A DNA stretch of 18,879 bases from a virus. The stretch lies in the UHGV virus genome UHGV-1689020. One strand, given 5' to 3'. The stretch's first letter is position 1; every line of letters begins with the position of its first letter. Positions 14,170 through 18,879 of the stretch are shown here, in pieces. Position numbers and translations under genes: made by a program. A model generated the notes under the pieces. The model did not search any database, was not told the DNA's origin, and saw nothing but the letters and a program-made list of their open reading frames with translations.

Positions 14170-14622
14170 ATGACCACTATAACCGATAAGAAACAGTATC
14201 CAGGCGAGCAATATCTTAATGAGCTGATCACCAACATAGAGTTTGCTGCAAGGGCACCAGTTGAAGTCGTGAGAGCGATGGCAGCAGAGCTACAGAAGCG
14301 GCGCGAAGCTGATAGTGCAGAACCTGTAAGCCAAACTTACAAGTTAACTTTTGAGCAATGGCTGGAACGGCAGCACGGCAAAATTGATGTTGATTGCGGC
14401 TGTGTGAGCACTGAAACGCTTCTGCACTGGATGCGTGTGGCGTATGAGGCTGGCAACTCTCCGGTAACTCCGGATGGTCATGTTCAGTTTTCTGTTTCAC
14501 TTCCTGCAGCGTTTGGTGGAGATAAATATTTTATTGATGGTGTATTTCAACCTTTGAGATATGAGCGTGACTGTGAAAGGGCGGTTGTGGTCGCTGGCGG
14601 TGTAGTTAATTGGGTTAAGTAA
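14170..14622 (+). CDS. hypothetical protein
   Basis: track ORF 14128-14622; preferred start is the ATG at 14170, preceded by the same AAAGGAGAGTGATATG junction seen at 13495-13510. Confidence 0.55.
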   Translation: MTTITDKKQYPGEQYLNELITNIEFAARAPVEVVRAMAAELQKRREADSAEPVSQTYKLTFEQWLERQHGKIDVDCGCVSTETLLHWMRVAYEAGNSPVTPDGHVQFSVSLPAAFGGDKYFIDGVFQPLRYERDCERAVVVAGGVVNWVK

Positions 14623-14637
14623 TTTTCAGGAGGATTT

Positions 14638-14964
14638 ATGGCGCTGACACCGGCAGAACGGCAAAGGAGACGCAGGGAACGGTTGAAGAAGGAAGGCACA
14701 TCAAGACGGGAGTGGATTCTAGAACCTGACGAGTTACGTATGTTGGGGGAAATTTGTGTATTGCGTAGACCAGGGCGAGTTCCATATTCGGAGAACGAAG
14801 TCATTGGTTTGCTGATCAGGAAAAACTATAAGGAGCTGCAGAAGCAGCTATCTACTACTTGCCCGCGATGTGGTCAAAAAATGCCTGTTTCAGAATGCAT
14901 TTTTGATGGCGAAGGGTCATGCCACCTTACAACCACGAGGCTGAAACTTGCGCTCAAAGCGTGA
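14638..14964 (+). CDS. small basic protein with C-terminal Cys cluster (possible DNA-binding regulator)
   Basis: 108-aa ORF, AGGAGGA upstream; N-terminal LTPAERQRRRRERLKKEG, C-terminal CPRCG...C...C; stop codon lies inside palindrome B copy 3. Confidence 0.55.
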   Translation: MALTPAERQRRRRERLKKEGTSRREWILEPDELRMLGEICVLRRPGRVPYSENEVIGLLIRKNYKELQKQLSTTCPRCGQKMPVSECIFDGEGSCHLTTTRLKLALKA

Positions 14965-14973
14965 CTGGTCACG
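14960..14973. promoter_or_regulatory. palindrome family B copy 3 (CGTGAC-TG-GTCACG) overlapping a stop codon and the next gene's ribosome-binding site
   Basis: CGTGACTGGTCACG runs straight into GGAGGG (the Shine-Dalgarno of the ORF at 14983); same core as 3019-3034 and 7574-7587. Confidence 0.6.
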
Positions 14974-14982
14974 GAGGGATAA

Positions 14983-15225
14983 ATGGATAAAAAGGCATTG
15001 CTTTTTGAAATGATACGAAAACGGAGCGAAAAGAGCTTTTCTGATGGTGGTGATGGGTTTGTTTTCGCTTCGATGCTTGCTTTTGATGTTGGGTTAAATA
15101 GCAGAATTGTTAAAAGGATGCTTGATTCTGCTGTCCGTACTGGACTTCTTGAGAAAGTTGATCGTGGCATAGGGAGAGAGCATAAGTATCGGGCCACACA
15201 GCAGTTTACGCAGTTAATTCATTGA
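14983..15225 (+). CDS. hypothetical small protein (possible winged-helix)
   Basis: 80-aa ORF with GGAGGG 5 nt upstream. Confidence 0.5.
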   Translation: MDKKALLFEMIRKRSEKSFSDGGDGFVFASMLAFDVGLNSRIVKRMLDSAVRTGLLEKVDRGIGREHKYRATQQFTQLIH

Positions 15226-15307
15226 AAATTGACCGTCAAGTTTGAGTTTTAACCTGTAATTTTATACAGTATAAATAACCTTTTTTAGTTAAATGGTATG
15301 AGATCTA

Positions 15308-15511
15308 ATGTCTGAAGCAGCCGTATCAACTCTTGAACAACTCGATTCAAATTTAAGAGATATTGACGCCGTTCTGGATCTGGTTAGCGTCACCCTGGCT
15401 TCTCCAGAAGCCAGCCTACATATTGGTGAGGTTTCACGACTCATCAACATGTCGCGAGAGATTGCCCAGCATTGTCAGAAAACTATCGCTGTTGAGCGTT
15501 CACATCATTGA
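15308..15511 (+). CDS. hypothetical small acidic protein
   Basis: 67-aa ORF after an AT-rich intergenic region; weak Shine-Dalgarno; convergent with the toxin-antitoxin pair. Confidence 0.4.
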   Translation: MSEAAVSTLEQLDSNLRDIDAVLDLVSVTLASPEASLHIGEVSRLINMSREIAQHCQKTIAVERSHH

Positions 15512-15553
15512 TGCACACCCCGCCCTTCTGGACGGGGTAGTAAAAGAGTCTAA

Positions 15554-15841
15554 TTAATAAACAGCGCGAATATCGATGGTTGCGCCGCAGGCATGAGCAT
15601 ATTTAGCCAAAGTTTTCATACTTGCCCCTAAAGGATTGCTTTCCAGGCGGCTGATGGCTGACGGTCGCAACCCCATTCGTTCAGCCAGAGCTGATTTCGT
15701 TAAACCTGCTCTTTCCCTCATTTCGTATAGCATTTCGACCATCTCCAGCTCTTTGTCGGCCTCTTCATATCCTTTGACGGCTTCTGGAGTGTTGAGGAGT
15801 TTTTCTTTTACTTCGTTAAACGGGATGCCTTTCGCTTTCAT
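15554..15841 (-). CDS. HTH-XRE antitoxin (HigA-like)
   Basis: 95-aa ORF; HTH GLTKSALAERMGLRPSAISRLE; ATG overlaps the stop of the upstream toxin gene (ATGA). Confidence 0.75.
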   Translation of the reverse strand: MKAKGIPFNEVKEKLLNTPEAVKGYEEADKELEMVEMLYEMRERAGLTKSALAERMGLRPSAISRLESNPLGASMKTLAKYAHACGATIDIRAVY

Positions 15842-16152
15842 CAGTTCATCTCCTTCAGGCGAGTTCTGGCGATTTCGATAGCCTTCACCGGTGTTTTCTG
15901 TGTCTTTTTTACAAATGCATGCAATAGATAAATTTCGTTACCAGTCGCGTAGGCGTACAGCGTTCTTGCGATGTTTTTATCCCCTACTCGTAGTTCAAAA
16001 AGCCCTCCACCTATTACACGGCTATGGGGCATCTTCAGTTTGTTGCCTTCTTTCTCCAGTCGCTCAATTAATCTGGTCATGCGACCTCGCAAATCATCTG
16101 GTAGTTCAAGCAGTTCATCCAGTGCTGCAGGGTGGGTTATCACGTTAAACAT
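15841..16152 (-). CDS. RelE/ParE-superfamily toxin, Gp49-like (HigB-like)
   Basis: track ORF extends to 16197, but GGAGG sits 8 nt upstream of the ATG at 16150-16152 (MFNVITHPAALDELLELPDD...); C-terminal LFELRVGDKNIARTLYAYATGNEIYLLHAFVKKTQKTP is the Gp49-like toxin pattern as I recall it; toxin-upstream, antitoxin-downstream order as in higBA. Confidence 0.75.
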   Translation of the reverse strand: MFNVITHPAALDELLELPDDLRGRMTRLIERLEKEGNKLKMPHSRVIGGGLFELRVGDKNIARTLYAYATGNEIYLLHAFVKKTQKTPVKAIEIARTRLKEMN

Positions 16153-16317
16153 ATTATAGCCTCCATATCCATAAAATACACCAAAACAAGAAAACAACGC
16201 AAATTAAAAATTTCACTAAAAAGCGAAAAATAACACTGGATGTGTTCGTTTGGCAGAGTTACAGTTCGTGTCATTGAGAGGCAATAACCCACTAACTATA
16301 TGAATTTGGAGGATATT

Positions 16318-16539
16318 ATGAATTATCAAGGTAACGAAAAAATGCGCGACGATGTTGCGGAGATAGCTAACGAACTGTATGAGTTGTGGCAGAAGGTTGA
16401 ACGTTTCGAAAAGGAATATGGTTTCAACAGTACCAACCTAACAGACCGACTGGCTGGTCGCTTAGTTGGGACTATGGGGCCAAAACTGGCTGAGTTGAAC
16501 CGCTTTATGGCTGATGTTGATTTCCAGTTTCAAGATTGA
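16318..16539 (+). CDS. hypothetical small protein
   Basis: track ORF 16300-16539; GGAGG lies 5 nt upstream of the second ATG at 16318. Confidence 0.5.
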   Translation: MNYQGNEKMRDDVAEIANELYELWQKVERFEKEYGFNSTNLTDRLAGRLVGTMGPKLAELNRFMADVDFQFQD

Positions 16540-16552
16540 TTAGAGAGGCGTT

Positions 16553-16780
16553 ATGAATATTAATGAAATTCGTGGAAATATGACTGAAGCGGCCCTGAGT
16601 GTGGAATGTGTTATGCGTGGATACCCACGCATTTCCCTGAAAGAGTTAAGCGAAGCCTGTTTTTTGAGTCAAGCTGCCGTTGAATTTATCATCGAACAGA
16701 TGATCTGTTTTGGGGTTGCAAAGCGTAGCGGATCTGGTCGATATTCTTTGACCGATGAATATAAGCAGGCAACTTTCTAA
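16553..16780 (+). CDS. hypothetical small protein (possible DNA-binding)
   Basis: 75-aa ORF with GAGAGG upstream. Confidence 0.5.
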   Translation: MNINEIRGNMTEAALSVECVMRGYPRISLKELSEACFLSQAAVEFIIEQMICFGVAKRSGSGRYSLTDEYKQATF

Positions 16781-16782
16781 AA

Positions 16783-16806
16783 GCTGTGCGACCACGGTCG
16801 CACAGC
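16783..16806. promoter_or_regulatory. palindrome family A copy 3, extended (GCTGTGCGACC-AC-GGTCGCACAGC), sopC/centromere-like, at the head of the late region
   Basis: 24-bp 11-2-11 palindrome containing the 16-mer core (16787-16802); intergenic, 3 nt after the stop of the previous gene. Confidence 0.65.
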
Positions 16807-16887
16807 ACAAAAACGAAAAAGCTTGGCAAAATGACGGTTTTTAGTTATTGTTTTGTTAAGTTGGGTTTTTTGTACCCAACAGCCAAC

Positions 16888-16914
16888 AAGCCGCCTTTAT
16901 GGCGGTTTTTTTGT
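16888..16914 (+). terminator. rho-independent terminator candidate (possible tR'-like) in the late regulatory region
   Basis: CCGCC-TTTAT-GGCGG followed by TTTTTTT. Confidence 0.5.
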
Positions 16915-16928
16915 GCCTGAAAAGTGGG

Positions 16929-16956
16929 CGCAGGACAAGTTGCAGCTTGTCCTGCG
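16929..16956. other. perfect 11-bp stem hairpin without U-tract
   Basis: CGCAGGACAAG-TTGCAG-CTTGTCCTGCG; a further 14-bp palindrome GCGATGCGCATCGC sits at 17000-17013. Confidence 0.5.
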
Positions 16957-17047
16957 GTCAACCCATGCCAGAGCTATAGGCTGAACCTAAAGCCCACCCG
17001 CGATGCGCATCGCCGGGTTAGCTTACCCAGGCAAAAAAATAATAGCT

Positions 17048-18124
17048 ATGTTCAAAACCACTAATATTCATGGCGCACAACTCGTTTGCGCAGATTCTCT
17101 GCAATTTATCAAAACCATCCCTGATAACTCGGTCAATTTGATTGCAACAGACCCACCATACTTCGGCGTAAAGGCTAACGCATGGGATAACCAGTGGGAT
17201 AGCGATGCTGACTTTTTGGGGTGGATTGACGAATTTTTGGCAGAATTTTGGCGGATATTGGCCCCTAATGGCAGCCTGTATATGTTTACCGGCTCTCGCC
17301 TTGCGTCAAAAATTGAATTATTAACTCGCGACCGTTTCAATGTTCTGAACCATATCATTTGGGCTAAACCAAGTGGTATGTGGCGCGGTTGTCATAAAGA
17401 AAGTTTAAGGGCTTATTTTCCTGCTACTGAAAGAATATTATTTGCAGAGCATTACGGCGCGTCAGGTTATGCTAAAGGTCAGTCAGGTTATGCTTCAAAA
17501 TGTGCAGATTTAAGAAAAAATATTTTTTCTCCACTAATTGATGCTTTTTCGCTGGCTCGCCGTCAGTTAGATATATCAGCCGCAGACATTAATTCAGCGA
17601 CAGGAAAGCAGATGTGTTCACACTGGTTTTCTTATTCGCAGTGGCGGCTTCCATCATTAATTGATTTTAATAAACTATGCGAATTATTTCGCAGGAAGGC
17701 AGATTCACTCGGTGTCCCGTGTCCATATCCTTTTAATGTTGATTATTCAGAACATGAAAAGCGTTATAGCGATCTGAAATTGCATTATGAGGAAGTAAAG
17801 AAGCAGTATGATGATTTGAAGGCTCAGTATGAAAATTTACGCCGTCCATTTCATGTTACTGCTGATGTACCTTATACCGATGTATGGGAGTTTCCTCCTG
17901 TGCAATATTATCCTGGCAAGCACCCATGTGAAAAACCTGCAGCGATGATGGAACATATTATAAAGAGTAGTTCACGCCCCGGAGATATCGTTGCCGATTT
18001 CTTTATGGGATCAGGCTCAACTATTAAAGCTGCGCTGAAGTTAGGACGTCAGGCAATAGGTATTGAGATTGAGGGCGAACGTTATCTTCAGACAGTTGAT
18101 GAAGTGAAAAAGTTATTTGAGTAA
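17048..18124 (+). CDS. DNA methyltransferase (beta-class amino-MTase; DPPY motif, so likely N6-adenine or N4-cytosine)
   Basis: track ORF starts at 17003, but the typical MTase N-terminus begins at ATG 17048 (MFKTTNIHGAQLVCADSLQFIKTIPDNSVNLIATDPPYF); AdoMet motif FFMGSGST near the C-terminus; no adjacent restriction endonuclease candidate. Confidence 0.8.
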   Translation: MFKTTNIHGAQLVCADSLQFIKTIPDNSVNLIATDPPYFGVKANAWDNQWDSDADFLGWIDEFLAEFWRILAPNGSLYMFTGSRLASKIELLTRDRFNVLNHIIWAKPSGMWRGCHKESLRAYFPATERILFAEHYGASGYAKGQSGYASKCADLRKNIFSPLIDAFSLARRQLDISAADINSATGKQMCSHWFSYSQWRLPSLIDFNKLCELFRRKADSLGVPCPYPFNVDYSEHEKRYSDLKLHYEEVKKQYDDLKAQYENLRRPFHVTADVPYTDVWEFPPVQYYPGKHPCEKPAAMMEHIIKSSSRPGDIVADFFMGSGSTIKAALKLGRQAIGIEIEGERYLQTVDEVKKLFE

Positions 18125-18219
18125 CTGGAGAATATATTCCCCTGCCGTTTTTGGTAGGGGTTATTTTCGCCATATAGTTTCCAAGCCGAAACCTCAGCAA
18201 CTATTGCGAGGTAAGAGAT

Positions 18220-18492
18220 ATGAAGATGGATGAACTATACAGAAGTGCACCTTATGGTAGCGCTGGTCTTGCTGCGTTCTTTGCCAGCCTGTCATTGCAG
18301 GATTGGAGCTTCATTATCGGTGTCGCGTTCAGCATTATCCTCGGTGTGCTTACATACCGGCTCAATAAACGCGAGCAGATGAAGCGCACGAAGATATTGC
18401 AGGACATATTGGATAAAACTAATACCAATAATCTTTCTGCTACAGCGATGGTTATTGGAGAGCTGGGGAAGAGAGCACCGAAGGAAATATGA
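18220..18492 (+). CDS. holin, pinholin-like with MKM dual-start motif
   Basis: 90-aa ORF with GAGGT upstream; two hydrophobic segments ([14 protein letters not shown] and [18 protein letters not shown]) then a charged tail; stop overlaps the endolysin start; architecture resembles phage 21 S as I recall it. Confidence 0.65.
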   Translation: MKMDELYRSAPYGSAGLAAFFASLSLQDWSFIIGVAFSIILGVLTYRLNKREQMKRTKILQDILDKTNTNNLSATAMVIGELGKRAPKEI

Positions 18493-18781
18493 TGCAGTCA
18501 TCATTACGCAAAGCTGTCACAGCTGCTATTGGTGGCGGGGCTATTGCCATAGCGTCTATGCTCATCACTGGCCCAAGTGGTAACGATGGTCTGGAAGGTG
18601 TCAGTTACATACCATACAAAGATATTGTTGGCGTATGGACTGTATGTTACGGACACACTGGAAAAGACATCATGCTAGGTAAAACGTATACCGAAGCAGA
18701 ATGCAAAGCTCTCCTGAATAAAGACCTTGCCACTGTCGCCAGACAAATTAACCCGTACATCAAAGTCGATATACCGGAAAC
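18489..18781 (+). pseudogene. SAR endolysin (phage 21 R-like lysozyme) truncated after codon 98 by an IS insertion
   Basis: residues 1-98 ([50 protein letters not shown]...KVDIPET) match my recollection of the phage 21 SAR endolysin; from 18782 the frame reads IS-derived sequence ([16 protein letters not shown]) and the expected C-terminal 65 or so residues are absent. Confidence 0.8.
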
Positions 18782-18879
18782 GGCACTGTTGCAAATAGTC
18801 GGTGGTGATAAACTTATCATCCCTTTTTGCTGATGGAGCTGCACATGAACCCATTCAAAGGCCGGCATTTTCAGCGTGA
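18782..18879 (+). mobile_element. IS26-family (IS6 family) insertion sequence, left end, continuing beyond the window
   Basis: GGCACTGTTGCAAA terminal inverted repeat at 18782-18795 followed by TAGTCGGTGGTGATAAACTTATCATCC...GCTGATGGAGCTGCAC and the transposase start; matches the IS26 end as I recall it, with one apparent substitution. Confidence 0.85.
18845..18879 (+). CDS. tnpA: IS26-family transposase, 5' fragment (first 11 codons, runs off window)
   Basis: ATG at 18845 translates MNPFKGRHFQR, the N-terminus of the IS26 transposase as I recall it. Confidence 0.8.
   Translation, partial: MNPFKGRHFQR

Noticed and set aside
12020-14237. Minus-strand ORFs embedded in the rightward early gene block (12020-12442, 12253-12504, 13155-13580, 13748-13963, 13806-14237, 14228-14500, 14547-14804, 14874-15197)
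   Set aside because: Each is antisense to a plus-strand gene with a good ribosome-binding site and translational coupling; no independent start signals.
15841-16197. Long form of the toxin ORF (118 aa, starting MFSCFGVFYGYGGYN)
   Set aside because: The N-terminal 15 residues are Gly/Tyr/Phe-rich and precede a strong GGAGG plus ATG; the shorter 103-aa form matches typical Gp49-like toxin length.
16831-16920. 29-codon hydrophobic ORF spanning the late-region terminator
   Set aside because: Coincides with the hairpin and T-tract of the terminator, has no ribosome-binding site, and is most simply explained as non-coding regulatory DNA.
17003-17047. N-terminal extension of the methyltransferase (track start at 17003)
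   Set aside because: The upstream ATG sits inside a palindrome and adds 15 residues (MRIAGLAYPGKKIIA) before a canonical MTase N-terminus; the ATG at 17048 is the more plausible start, although neither has a strong Shine-Dalgarno.
1-18879. CRISPR arrays, tRNA or rRNA genes
   Set aside because: No regularly spaced direct repeats with unique spacers and no tRNA-like cloverleaf signatures were seen by eye; the repeated elements found are palindromic protein-binding-type sites.

Overview
This window reads as the right arm of an N15-like linear phage-plasmid (telomere-resolving prophage) from an enterobacterium. All calls come from reading the sequence and from memory of related phages (N15, P1/P4 immunity loci, phage 21 lysis genes, F sopC, IS26); no search or folding was run. 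The window opens inside the telRL/telO palindrome, followed by the protelomerase gene telN (208-2121). On the minus strand lie an anti-immunity-type locus (candidate promoter, structured leader with complementary seqA/seqB/seqC-like elements and a terminator, then three translationally coupled small ORFs ending in a truncated Bro-N antirepressor-like gene), a three-gene accessory operon of small cytoplasmic, membrane and secreted proteins, and the 1331-aa primase-helicase repA (4200-8195) with a candidate origin inside its 3' end. Next comes the primary immunity region (cB repressor, two 7-2-7 operators, cro, Q-like gene), a rightward block of small early genes (DEDDh exonuclease, HTH proteins, Ea22-like protein), a leftward HigB/HigA-like toxin-antitoxin pair, and a late region (structured intergenic region, DNA methyltransferase, pinholin-like holin, SAR endolysin). 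The endolysin is interrupted after codon 98 by the end of an IS26-family element that runs off the window. Two distinct families of 7-2-7 palindromes, three copies each, are dispersed through coding and regulatory DNA; one closely resembles the F-plasmid sopC centromere repeat. The anti-immunity locus and the unassigned second palindrome family are the best candidates for something not yet described.
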